Below are positions 19,522-29,682 of a stretch of 64,000 bases of DNA, piece after piece. Location of the stretch: positions 2,146,165-2,210,164 of the forward strand of contig OZ240211.1 of assembly GCA_965197525.1 (NCBI GenBank), in the 5' to 3' direction. The position numbers and the translations under genes were made by a program. Each line of letters begins with the position of its first letter. The stretch's first letter is position 1. Source of the stretch: Nitrosopumilus sp. GTDB taxonomy: Archaea; Thermoproteota; Nitrososphaeria; Nitrososphaerales; Nitrosopumilaceae. Below the pieces are notes generated by a model that had not been told where the DNA came from, made no database searches, and saw only the letters and a list, made by a program, of their open reading frames with translations.

Positions 19522-21644
19522 TTTCTCACCATTTTAATTGAATGCTCAGGAATAAACTTACCTCTTGCCATATTGTTATACTTTTCAAATTCACTTAGAA
19601 AATACTTTGACGAACGTTTCTTGCCAAGATCCGGATAGTTTAATCCAATACAAATTCTTGCCGCACCAACTGCATCAAAGTGACGTTTTGAAAACTGCTC
19701 ATTTTCATATTGTTTTAATATTTCGGTAGAATTTCTGATTATTTCATCAATTTCTCCAATCGTTTGAAATCCTAGATCTTGCAGTTCTTCTACAAATTCT
19801 TGAATATTTTGATTTGATTGGTTTTGTCTGATAAAGAAACGCCAATCAAGATAGATCTTAAAACGATGAATATTGATCTCCAGTTCCTTTTCAAAATATT
19901 CATTGTTTTTTAACAATTTGATATATGTTGTTCTTCCAACAGAATATTTTTGAATTGTTCCATTTTTTTCTAATGCATCAGTTCTATTTCGAATCATTGG
20001 TTCGGTAATATCCCCTCCATTCAACAGTTCAACTATTTCTTTTATTGGCATACTTCCGCCACGTACCAATCTTTTGATCAATATGTCTATAACACGTCTC
20101 CTTAGTTTTTTTAGAAATGGAGCAATAATGCCTGTTTGCTCTGCAAGATACGATATCTGATCAAAAATAACTGTTGTAAAGTCTTTTGTGGGGCTAATGC
20201 GCTCTTGTATTAGAATTTCTTCCCAAACCCATTCCCAATCAAAAGAACCATGTTGTAATTCTTGAGGTGTATTTGGACTACCCGTGACCAGTGCGGCCAT
20301 ATCCTGTATGTCCCCTTCTCTATTTGCTATTGCTTTGAGTAAAAATATATCTTCATTTCTTAGCAATCCTACTTTTAATTTTCCATAGTCTTTAATGTCT
20401 GCTCTTTCTTTCATAGTTGAAGATAACGACAGATCTTGCATTATTGTAGATGTGAATAGATCAATCCTACTTTTTTCATCATGTTCAAAAATATCATCTG
20501 GTTTTATTCTTCTATCTTCATCAGAATAACTTGTTTCCACTATTCTTTTGTATCTAATCTTAGTAAGAATTTGAGCCAAATGTTCAAAATCATCTTTATT
20601 CTCTACTACTATGTCACAATCTTTTGTACTGTCTTTTAATGATTTTATTCTCATATTTTCTCCACCAAACAGGTATATTGTTTTTGATTCTTTTAATTCG
20701 TCACTAATTTCTCTAAACAATAAATTACTTGGTTTTGACAATGTATATTTTTCAATTGGTATATCATATAATTTTGCTTTAGATAGAAATTCATTCCATG
20801 GTAAAAACAAGTATGTATTTTTCAATTGTTTTCTACGCATGTAAGCTTCAATATCTAACCAAATCTCCAATATTCCTAACTCTGTTGCCTTTTTTCGTAA
20901 TTGTAAAATATCCATCTTATCCTTGTGTTTTGCATAAAAAACAATTGCAATCAGTAATTCCATTTTATTTTTTGAATAGTTTGCAGAATAAACTGCATGC
21001 AGTAACACATCTTGTATGTCTAAATCATCTTTTTGTTCACAAAAATATTCACGTGTGGTTTGATATTCCATATCATAATCTGAAAATAACGTAAATCCTG
21101 TCGTTGCACCTTTTGCAATTTTTCCACTTGGTGTTTTTCGTAATATCGTTGAATTATTATTATAAATAATTTCAGTGCTTCCGTCTTCATATTTTTTTTC
21201 TCTTTCAGTTTTTAATAATTTTGTAAATAAAACCAATTGTTCTTTTGATTCATCAATGTTTATTACATCTTCATCTTTTAGAATGGATCCAATGGATTGT
21301 AAATCTGAAATAGATCTATAGGTTGTTGCCTTTGATAATCCTGATTTTTTTATTAATTGATCTACTGTAATATTTTTATCTATATTGGAAAGTATTATTT
21401 CATTTGAATTGCAAAGTAATTTCTCAACATCTACAACCTGTGTAATATCTCTAAACAGTGTAGCCTTTGGTGTTTCTTTTAATTTGATTACTGTATTTTC
21501 TTTTTCTATGTAATCTTCTTCCACAAGATTTTTTGTCATGTATGCTAATTGTCTTTTCTTTATTCCTAACAGATTTAGTAACTCGTTTGTTTCTTTTTGT
21601 CCTTCAACTAGTGATTTGAGAAGCTTTATTGAAATTGCATTCAT
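19518..21644 (-). CDS. Multidomain protein: HTH/wHTH, AbiEi-like region, DUF6036/AbiEii-like nucleotidyltransferase, C-terminal wHTH
   Basis: IYLFGGENM..KDSTKDCDIVV and LLKAIANREGDIQD motifs; HTH-like segments LSKATTYR and PMIRNR. Confidence 0.7.
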   Translation of the reverse strand: MNAISIKLLKSLVEGQKETNELLNLLGIKKRQLAYMTKNLVEEDYIEKENTVIKLKETPKATLFRDITQVVDVEKLLCNSNEIILSNIDKNITVDQLIKKSGLSKATTYRSISDLQSIGSILKDEDVINIDESKEQLVLFTKLLKTEREKKYEDGSTEIIYNNNSTILRKTPSGKIAKGATTGFTLFSDYDMEYQTTREYFCEQKDDLDIQDVLLHAVYSANYSKNKMELLIAIVFYAKHKDKMDILQLRKKATELGILEIWLDIEAYMRRKQLKNTYLFLPWNEFLSKAKLYDIPIEKYTLSKPSNLLFREISDELKESKTIYLFGGENMRIKSLKDSTKDCDIVVENKDDFEHLAQILTKIRYKRIVETSYSDEDRRIKPDDIFEHDEKSRIDLFTSTIMQDLSLSSTMKERADIKDYGKLKVGLLRNEDIFLLKAIANREGDIQDMAALVTGSPNTPQELQHGSFDWEWVWEEILIQERISPTKDFTTVIFDQISYLAEQTGIIAPFLKKLRRRVIDILIKRLVRGGSMPIKEIVELLNGGDITEPMIRNRTDALEKNGTIQKYSVGRTTYIKLLKNNEYFEKELEINIHRFKIYLDWRFFIRQNQSNQNIQEFVEELQDLGFQTIGEIDEIIRNSTEILKQYENEQFSKRHFDAVGAARICIGLNYPDLGKKRSSKYFLSEFEKYNNMARGKFIPEHSIKMVRK

Positions 21645-22253
21645 TTAGTATTATTATACTGCTTTGATTAATATAGTTTTGCACTAATTTGAGACTAAAT
21701 ATTAGATAATTTGAACAAAATATGAAATTCATCTACATGAATTACGGCTGATTTCCTACAGAAATTCTGCAGTATATGAAAAATAATTCCATCACGATTC
21801 GGCGATCTGTGCGCTGGTCATATTGCCTTCCCTCTTCTTTCTGACTACTCAGTTTATTTTGGATTCGTCCAGCTTTTCATGACGCGGATACGGTGTTGTT
21901 TTATATGCCTCTACTGTTCTGCACGACACAACCATCCGCGTATCTTCATTCCAGCTCTGCACCACAAGTCAGTCATGGCACGTTCCTTCTACGGTATATG
22001 ATGGGTGTATGCTATTTTTCGAACTATAGAGCCAACTGTAATCTACGCAAAGATAACACACCATCCATTTTCATACATACCTAAGCATGAAATTCCATTC
22101 AACATCCAAGCCTGCATTGATCATCAAACAAATAAAATGCCATGAAAAACAGTATACAATCTATTATGGCCTTGTTTTTTTAAGTGTCTTACACATGGAG
22201 CGTCTGGCACCGTGTCCGCAAGCTGCGTAGACGTCCTGTCAGTCCTACAAGCA

Positions 22254-22340
22254 GTTGACGTCATTCTGTCCTGTTGACACCGCCATCGTTGGCGTAATGG
22301 AACCTAAAAAGGAACTATACTGATGCGAGTCCGGTCGGGT
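22254..22340 (+). repeat. att-like end motif copy A followed by a tRNA-Arg tail mimic
   Basis: GGAACCTAAAAA at 22299; CGAGTCCGGTCGGGT at 22326-22340 matches tRNA 15498-15512 at 14/15. Confidence 0.75.
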
Positions 22341-22379
22341 GCAAGCTAGGCAATATTCCCATTCACGCTTCGTGTGATT

Positions 22380-22724
22380 CCCCCACTAGGTTGTTGATAG
22401 CATGTTAACCCCCGTCCATCCGCCAAGCGCGGCAGATTGGTCCCTGGCCAAACATGATCGAAAAAACCTTTAGAATGATTGGGACTATCCGAGCTGCCGT
22501 GTGACTGAGTTTGATGGATCTTGCATCTTCCAGCCCCTGCAGGCACCTGTACAGCAGCAGCCCGTCATCGATTTTACCACCATCAGGGACGCAAACAGCG
22601 ACTCGGCGTACTGGAACGGCGCACCCGCCTTGTTCCTGTTTGCGGCCTCCTCCTCGCGCTTTTGAGGATCGCCTCCGATGATCAATGCCTGGCAGCTCTT
22701 GGCGTATTTTTCGTTGTCAGTCAT
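22380..22724 (-). pseudogene. IS5-family-like transposase remnant
   Basis: N-terminus with NRNKAGAPFQYAESL, then frameshifts. Confidence 0.5.
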
Positions 22725-22927
22725 CTACAATCTGTGTCTGATTTACTGATCCTTAGCTTTTTCGGTCTCGAGGAAGGCAGAATATTCATGGTAGTGCTAA
22801 GATGAATAATGCAACAAACTAGGACTGCCGGTGGCAGCTGCCTTGAAACGAATGCAGGCAGTTCGGGAAAATTCCAAATCCGAAGGGGCGTCAAATTATT
22901 TAAATGTATGAATGCCGCTAAAAAATA

Positions 22928-23614
22928 GTGCAAAAGGATAGGCTGTCTGAATGGTTTGTGCCCAAGTTCGGCTCTAGGAATTTTCGGCTATCAATAGGAA
23001 TCCTGTTTCTGCCCTACACCGGAATGGTGGTATCCTTTACCGTGTGGGGCTCCCTCTCGGTGGACTTCAGTCTTGACAGGCTGGCGTCAGCCTGCCTGCT
23101 CTATTTCCTTGCAATTGGGATATCCGCACACTGTCTTGACGCACTAGGAAGCAAAAAAAAGCCTTGGGGACGCATATCGCCATCAAAGCTCTGGCTAGTA
23201 TCGACAGTTTCCCTGACTGCCTCCCTTTCCATCGGGCTGTACTATGCATTTTTGGATTCCTGGCTGCTGTTCCCGATAGGTGCCATCGAGGTGTTCTTTC
23301 TTTTGGCGTATAACTTGGAGCTGTTTCGCGGCAAATTCCACAACAACGCGTCGTTCGTCATATCCTGGGGGGTCCTGCCAGTTTTTGCCGGCGCCTCAAT
23401 CCAGTCAAACGCCGTATCAGTCGAGACCGTAGTGCTTTCTGCGATTGCGGGACTTGCAAGCTATGTCCACATAACCACGTCCAGAAAATACAAGGAGCTG
23501 AAGCGTCAGAACGTAGGCCGCGGGTCGTACTACAGAAAGGAGGCAGTTCTCAAGGTGACAAGCCTGGCGGTGATATCTGGCACGGCCTGCTTTTTCATCT
23601 TACGATATCTTTAA
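22928..23614 (+). CDS. UbiA-like prenyltransferase-family membrane protein
   Basis: Multi-TM protein with ISAHCLDAL and LAYNLELF..KFH motifs. Confidence 0.6.
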   Translation: MQKDRLSEWFVPKFGSRNFRLSIGILFLPYTGMVVSFTVWGSLSVDFSLDRLASACLLYFLAIGISAHCLDALGSKKKPWGRISPSKLWLVSTVSLTASLSIGLYYAFLDSWLLFPIGAIEVFFLLAYNLELFRGKFHNNASFVISWGVLPVFAGASIQSNAVSVETVVLSAIAGLASYVHITTSRKYKELKRQNVGRGSYYRKEAVLKVTSLAVISGTACFFILRYL

Positions 23615-23623
23615 TTCGTGTAA

Positions 23624-24076
23624 ATGGGATACCATTGTATGAAGTCAGGTTCCGATATGCTTCTGGCCAGGATACTGGACGCCCCCGTGGGCCAGGTGGT
23701 CACCGTCCTAGGGGAGGTCCTTGACTGTGCTGTCCAGCTGCAGGTGGTGGAGCAGAACGCCGTTGCGCCCAATCAGTTCGTAAGGAAGGTCGTGATTACC
23801 GCGCGGGGGCTGCCTGTCATAAAGGCAAGCGTGAAGTTTGACTCCGCCGTGCTGCCTGAGTCCGTCATGGGCGAGCTTCTGAGGAAGAAGCGCGGCATCG
23901 GAACCATTCTCAACGTCAATGACATCGTCGCAACCAGAAGGATCATGTCCCTGGACCTGCATCCGGACCAAGGCATAACCTTGAGGGAGTACGAACTCGT
24001 TCACGGTGGGGCCGTGTGGTTTACCATATTTGAGGAGATAAACCTAGACAGTCTTGGTTCCGACAAGCACGGCTGA
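23624..24076 (+). CDS. Chorismate pyruvate-lyase/UTRA-fold-like protein
   Basis: R.VVI..GLPVI.A.V.F..GIG.IL..REY..I.EEI pattern. Confidence 0.55.
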   Translation: MGYHCMKSGSDMLLARILDAPVGQVVTVLGEVLDCAVQLQVVEQNAVAPNQFVRKVVITARGLPVIKASVKFDSAVLPESVMGELLRKKRGIGTILNVNDIVATRRIMSLDLHPDQGITLREYELVHGGAVWFTIFEEINLDSLGSDKHG

Positions 24077-24727
24077 AGAGCCCCACGTCAGATCCTGCCT
24101 GCGGGTTTCCAGTCCGTGATCTTCCATGGCCTCCTCGTACTCCTGCACCCAGTTTGAGGCCCTTATCAGGCGGGGCAGGTCGGCGAAGACCTGTCTCCAA
24201 CCTGGGGTGAAAAGGCCCGCGAGATTCAGCAGCCTGAAATAAAAATCCCACATTCTGCGCACCGGGCCGGCCTTTGGATATGTAAAGTCATGCAGAATTA
24301 TCTTCCCGCCGGCATCGAGGTGGTCAAGGCAGCTCCTGATCAGGGTATCTGGCGTGCAGTATTTTGGCAGGTATGACGCAGTGATGCAGGAGAACTTTTC
24401 CCCTAGGCTGAGCTTTTCGGCATCCTGATTTACAAAGGAGATGTTCCGGTGCGGGGCCGACTTCTCCATGGCCTTCTCAAGGTACCCTTGGGTAACGTCG
24501 ACGCCCACTATCTCCGCGTCCGGCAGCGTTTTTGCAATCTGTCTCGTAAGGATGCCCGTACCGCAGGCAAGATCCAACACGTTTTTTTCATCAGACATGT
24601 GCTCCAGAATCTTACGTTTCCAAAGGCCGTCCTTGCCAAAGGTGGTCCAGCTGACTATCCTGTCATACGAGCTGGCGTTGCTGTTAAAAAATTTCGGGAC
24701 CATGCACTTCGGACTCTCTTCGGCCAT
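24044..24727 (-). CDS. UbiE/MenG-like class I methyltransferase
   Basis: FFNSNASSYDRI..W..VLDLACGTG..GGKIILHDF. Confidence 0.85.
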   Translation of the reverse strand: MAEESPKCMVPKFFNSNASSYDRIVSWTTFGKDGLWKRKILEHMSDEKNVLDLACGTGILTRQIAKTLPDAEIVGVDVTQGYLEKAMEKSAPHRNISFVNQDAEKLSLGEKFSCITASYLPKYCTPDTLIRSCLDHLDAGGKIILHDFTYPKAGPVRRMWDFYFRLLNLAGLFTPGWRQVFADLPRLIRASNWVQEYEEAMEDHGLETRRQDLTWGSSAVLVGTKTV

Positions 24728-24791
24728 GCTTACTGCTGGTTTTTTTGTCTAAAATAGTTTGTGAGTAGGGGTTCTGTGAAGTTATCGAGGG

Positions 24792-25985
24792 TTAACCCCT
24801 ATAACTTGACTTTGACATATCGACTATTCGGATTACCAATGGTGTGCCGGGTTCCGTCATCGCTGGCTCAAAAGTGCCAGACTGCGCTTCATCTATGTCA
24901 TCTCTACTACCCCTAAACCTAGGGGGCAGCTTGCGTGATATGTTCATGGCAGCGATAATATCCCTGTCCATAAACAAACCGCAATTATTACACGACATTT
25001 TACGATGTTGTTGCATGTCCTCTTGGAGTCTCTTTCCGCATTTCGGACACTGCGTGCTCGTGTTTCTTGGGTCTACTGTCTCGACTGGAGGCAACCCGAC
25101 CCATTGGGCTTTGTATTCTATTTGGCGTTGTAACTCGTAGAATTGCCACCCGTTCAATCTACGCCTGTACTTGTTACCTTGACTGTTTCCTTTTCGGTAC
25201 AATTTTCTTATTCCTTTCAGGTTTTCCATGACGATTGCAGTCTTGTTTTTGACTGCGTTGTCTACTATATCCTTTGAGATTCTGTGGATGTACTGCTTTG
25301 TTCTATTGCTCATTCGTCTCTGTCTTTGTTTCCAGAATTGACCTTTCTTTCTGCGATCATTTCTGTGGAATCCTGCCCTAGCGTGTATTGTGTTCTCCTT
25401 TATGGATAACAGTTTGTTTGTCTTGTAGACTGTCACCTCTTTCTCGTTCCCACACGTCACATTTCTTAGGTTTCTGTCTATTCCCACTTGATTGGTGCAC
25501 TCTATCTCTTGTACTGTTTTTGAAACACAAAGACTGATGTTGAGAGCAGTCAATGAAAACGAGCGCACCGTCAAGGCGGGATCAGATAGGATTTTTTGGG
25601 TGTGAACGTTGAGTAAAATGTTGATTGGGTTATGTTTCTTGTATGGGATTGTGAGTAGTGCACCGCTGTGTTGTATACCGTAACAGTTTGTCATAAAGGG
25701 ATTTTTGACTATTGGGTCTCTTATTCTGACACCTCGTTTGATTGATTGTCTTCTGTTTGATAACATGCCTGCAGCTCGTGATATTGCATTTAGTTTGTAT
25801 GAAGACAGGATGTCATAATTACGTAATTCATGATAACATAATATGGACAACCTCTTCATATTGTGAGTGTCTTCTTTCAATCCTGTCTTGATGCAATGAT
25901 TGACCATCTTTGTGAATATAGCCATCATATCCATTAGATCAGAGTTCGGCGTATATTTCTGTGATATTGACTTTATCGCTTTCAA
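24792..25985 (-). CDS. tnpB: TnpB RNA-guided endonuclease
   Basis: RuvC GIDRN, VMENL, MDRDIIAAMNI; Zn finger CPKC..CNNC; stop codon lies within the TIR. Confidence 0.95.
   Translation of the reverse strand: MKAIKSISQKYTPNSDLMDMMAIFTKMVNHCIKTGLKEDTHNMKRLSILCYHELRNYDILSSYKLNAISRAAGMLSNRRQSIKRGVRIRDPIVKNPFMTNCYGIQHSGALLTIPYKKHNPINILLNVHTQKILSDPALTVRSFSLTALNISLCVSKTVQEIECTNQVGIDRNLRNVTCGNEKEVTVYKTNKLLSIKENTIHARAGFHRNDRRKKGQFWKQRQRRMSNRTKQYIHRISKDIVDNAVKNKTAIVMENLKGIRKLYRKGNSQGNKYRRRLNGWQFYELQRQIEYKAQWVGLPPVETVDPRNTSTQCPKCGKRLQEDMQQHRKMSCNNCGLFMDRDIIAAMNISRKLPPRFRGSRDDIDEAQSGTFEPAMTEPGTPLVIRIVDMSKSSYRG
24795..24945 (-). ncRNA. Candidate omegaRNA scaffold overlapping the tnpB 3' end
   Basis: Conserved with 61135-61265; covarying hairpin CTGGC/GCCAG versus CCGGT/ACCGG. 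Confidence 0.6.
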
Positions 25986-26171
25986 CGAATATCTTACGGT
26001 TTAGAGGTTTATACAATTTAGGGATTAACAGATAACCCTCGATAACTTCACAGAACCTGAGTAGGCAACTTGGCAAACGGCAAGACCGTGCTGGAGAAAA
26101 ACACAGACTGATAAAGTGGGCGGATCCTGAGATCCCTGGAAACAGAGGCAGGATCACACCCCATAGTGAAA

Positions 26172-26445
26172 GCGGGTCTAAAGGAATTCGAACCCATTAT
26201 GCGGCATTTTTAGGTTCCGCCACGCCGATGATGGCGATGCCGACAGGGCAGAATAGCGCCGACTACCTGAAGGGCTCTGACAGACCGCATGCCGACCGTA
26301 GACAAACATCTGATCCCATTCACAGGTGCAGACAGGTACAATTACATCTTTATAATTAGTGGCAAGCGCAAGTGCGGAACATACCACATCTGACCAGATT
26401 ATGCGGCATTTTCAGGTTCCGCAATGCCAACGATGGCGTGCCAAC
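26172..26445 (-). repeat. att-like end motif copies B and C (inverted orientation)
   Basis: Plus-strand GGCATTTT(T/C)AGGTTCC at 26203-26218 and 26405-26420; copy B is followed by the tRNA-like GGGTTCGAATTCCTTTAGACCCGC. Confidence 0.75.
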
Positions 26446-26809
26446 TTGTACCTTGTGTGCTTTTGACGGTATGTCGCTCTTCTTTTTCTCTCCTCCTACC
26501 CCTCCCCATCTTTTTTTCTTTGCACTGTACATCTTTGATCCCTTTTGCCGGGATGGCTAAACATTGCAGTTGTTATGCCGGCACCGCCCGTGTTTTAGAT
26601 CAGCGACCAATCGATTTAATTCCTCAATCATCTACACTACCCCTGCCATCTTTTCACATCGTCCTTCGTCTGATCAGCCACGTTTGTATTTGCCGCGAAC
26701 ACCATCAAATCAATAACAAGGAATAGCCTTCTTGTCATGTCCGCTCCGGCCAACACACCACACATATTTATAGTTAAAAACTATAATATTATAGTAGATT
26801 ACAATAATA

Positions 26810-27892
26810 GTGGATACAATGGACGAGGCAACATACAGAATACTGGACATACTGTCACGAAGACTGGGCGCCCCCATGTCCATCAATGAGATTACAAAAA
26901 ACATTGATGAAATACATGGCGGAACCTATTATGCCAACACGCATAAAAAGATCAAGGAACTTGACAGGGAAGAAATACTGACACTGACAAAGACTGGCAG
27001 GTCATCTCTTGTGTCGCTCAACTTTGATAACTATATGGTAATTGGCATGCTTGCAGAAATGGAGCTCAAACGCAAACATGATTTTCTGAAAGGAAAGCAA
27101 GAGATACAGATGTTCATGTTGGAAACTGATACGTATCTTCGTAGCATTCCTCTAATATCCCATATACTGCTGATGTATCCGGAAAAAAATACAAAGCTGA
27201 ACAAAGCAGAGATGCTGATTCATCTGAAAGAATCCGACGACAAAAAAGCACTTGAAGGGACAAAGATCCAAATTCATGCAATGGCAGAAACCTTGCAGCA
27301 AACCTGCAACATAAGGATTGATTATCTTGCACTGGAGAACGGGACATTTATTGATCTGCTCAAATCAAATGAGCGCAATACGGTCAGAGAGATGCTGCAC
27401 GACAAGATTGCAATACTGCACCCTCAGGATTTTTGGTTGGATATGAAAAACGTAACAGGAAAAGGAATCAAAATATCTGCCATTTCACATGAGACAAGCC
27501 CTGCCAAAATATCTGAGGAAGATATTGTGTTTAATCTTGCACGGTTCGGATATGTGGAGATTGGATCCAAAGTCAAACAAGGAAAGCCGTTCTGCATAGA
27601 GTACGTAATATCATCAATAATGTTTCATGATGATGCAAGAAGGATTGATGCCGTCCCGGTAATCATCGCAAAGAACCCAAAAATAAGCTATGATCTGTTG
27701 TTGTTTCTTGCACGAAAGTATGGGTTTGGTGGCAAGATGCTTGGCATACTGCGCACATTAAGAAACCTGGTTGCACATGGAATGAATACAGTAGATGAGC
27801 CAATAGCACTGCTGGAAGCCATGAGGATAGAAGAGGTAAAGGCAGACGCCAAGAGCATCGAAGAAAAATTGAGGCTGTACAATGTCACTTGA
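26810..27892 (+). CDS. wHTH-containing AbiEi-like antitoxin/regulator
   Basis: N-terminal wHTH; coupled to the downstream DUF6036-like NTase gene. Confidence 0.6.
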   Translation: MDTMDEATYRILDILSRRLGAPMSINEITKNIDEIHGGTYYANTHKKIKELDREEILTLTKTGRSSLVSLNFDNYMVIGMLAEMELKRKHDFLKGKQEIQMFMLETDTYLRSIPLISHILLMYPEKNTKLNKAEMLIHLKESDDKKALEGTKIQIHAMAETLQQTCNIRIDYLALENGTFIDLLKSNERNTVREMLHDKIAILHPQDFWLDMKNVTGKGIKISAISHETSPAKISEEDIVFNLARFGYVEIGSKVKQGKPFCIEYVISSIMFHDDARRIDAVPVIIAKNPKISYDLLLFLARKYGFGGKMLGILRTLRNLVAHGMNTVDEPIALLEAMRIEEVKADAKSIEEKLRLYNVT

Positions 27893-28397
27893 TAACACAA
27901 AACTGCTTGATTTTCTCGAAGAGATAGACAGGGAACTTTCTTGCAAAATTGTCATAGTTGCAGTGGGAGGTACTGCAATGACACTTGTGAATGCAAAGCC
28001 GTCCACCATAGACATTGATTTTACCATTCCAGGCGGGGATTATGACGAGCTTGAGCGCGCAAGGAAGATTGTACAGCCAGGCTTTCGGGTGAATGTTTTT
28101 CGCGATGGTGCAGTGTTTGTAACCGTTCTGCCTGATGACTATCTGGAAAAAAGCATGTCGATTGCAACAAACCTCAAAAACATTGATCTTAGGGTTTTGG
28201 ACCCGGTGGATATCATAATTACAAAGATTGAAAGGCTTGACGGACGAGACGTACAGGACATAGAGTCGTGCATAACCAATTTTCAGATAACTCAAAAACA
28301 GATTGAACAGCGGGCAAAAGACATGAATTATGCAGGAAACAGCGAGGTCTTTGTGAGCAATCTCAAAACGGTGCTGGGAAGATTCTTCAAAGAATAA
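27882..28397 (+). CDS. DUF6036/AbiEii-like nucleotidyltransferase
   Basis: VAVGGTAM..KPSTIDIDF and IITKIER..RDVQD. Confidence 0.75.
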   Translation: MSLDNTKLLDFLEEIDRELSCKIVIVAVGGTAMTLVNAKPSTIDIDFTIPGGDYDELERARKIVQPGFRVNVFRDGAVFVTVLPDDYLEKSMSIATNLKNIDLRVLDPVDIIITKIERLDGRDVQDIESCITNFQITQKQIEQRAKDMNYAGNSEVFVSNLKTVLGRFFKE

Positions 28398-28546
28398 CAT
28401 GCTTTTTTTATTTGATTAAATTAATTGTAACAGACACCTGAATCCATATCGGAGTTAGATTGTAAACATTCGGCATACACAACATCCAACTGTTTTGGTC
28501 TAATAACATGAATAGAATCTTTATTTATTTTGTAATATTTTTGTAA

Positions 28547-29640
28547 CTAGATAGTTTTTTGACACGTTTTAATCAGATGTGCATACATTATATCAAGAAA
28601 ATTATCCTTCTTTGCCTTGCATGTTTGTTTTACACTCATCAGCACGGCTATGGCCGCTGCACCTTCCTCGGATCTGCTTCCGTAGCTGTTGTTGCGCAGT
28701 ATGACACACGGTCTGATGCCTCTCTCTGCAGAGTTGTTATGCCATTCCACCCCTTTAACTTCAAGGAATGTAAACAGATGGTCTTTCACCCTTTTGAGCC
28801 TCTTGAACATCTTTTTACAATGCTTGTCCGTCTCTCTGCTGAGTCTGTTGAGAAGATCATAAATGCGTCTGTCCAGCTTTTTCTTGGCCGCAAGCGCCTT
28901 TTTTCCTCCCGGTGCCGCAGTGATGTGTGAATCCTCAAGTATGCGTCTGAACGTCTGTGCATGTTTTTTATAATCGGCACTTGGGGAGTGATATAGATTT
29001 GTCTCTTTGATGTTGCGGATGTAATGCACGTGGCATTTTTGATGTTCTCCTCCAACGTGATTCCGCGCACCCCACGAGTCAGATCCAACAACCCCTTCAT
29101 ATTCTGGGCCAAGCATCTTTTTCGGCACGGCAGCTTTTCTGGTTTTGTCCACATGGTATAGGGCAGCATATTTTGTTACAACCACCCACAACCAGTGATT
29201 TGCACCGTCAACGCGCCAGGAGCTCTCATCCCCGTTACATGTCGGGGACTGGCGTACCTCTTCTCTGATCTGCTCGTACAGCGGTCCGAGCTTGCGTGCC
29301 ATTCTGAGTATCATGCGATTTATGGCGGATTCTGTTATGGATATGGCGTAAATCATTGCAAGGATTTCGCGTATTCTCAGGTTGGACATTCCGTGCAGCT
29401 TTAGCACCGTTACCATCATCATGAGGTTTATTCCAAATCTGGAATTGGGGAGTGCCAGAGTCGTCCTCCCGGAGACTATTTTTTTGCAGTTGGTGCATCG
29501 TCTTCTTTTGACGGTTATCCTTGTAATTTTGGTCTTTATCTGTTCAATTTCAGTTATGACTCTTTCGTACTCGTCGAGTACTTTTGAGAGATGGCAGGAG
29601 TTGACGCGATTTACCGTTTGCTACATGCCAGAACACATGT
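28547..29640 (-). pseudogene. IS66-family transposase, 5' part frameshifted
   Basis: GDESSWRVDG, VVGSDSW, QKCHVHYIRN, HNNSAERGIRPCVI; upstream CTNC Zn-finger fragment in another frame. Confidence 0.85.
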
Positions 29641-29682
29641 AAAAGCAGTAATCTTTTTAACGTTATTGAGGCTAATAATGCC

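Larger units (their letters stand above)
24770..26057 (-). mobile_element. TnpB-only element with perfect 25-bp TIRs and an 8-bp TSD
   Basis: GGTTCTGTGAAGTTATCGAGGGTTA at 24770-24794 and its exact reverse complement at 26033-26057; TGAGTAGG at 24762-24769 and 26058-26065. Confidence 0.92.

Noticed and set aside
24792-25985. Calling the TnpB elements ordinary IS200/IS605 or IS607
   Set aside because: No tnpA is adjacent, no clear left-end hairpin was seen, and TIRs plus TSDs contradict those mechanisms; ancestral nesting into a MITE remains possible
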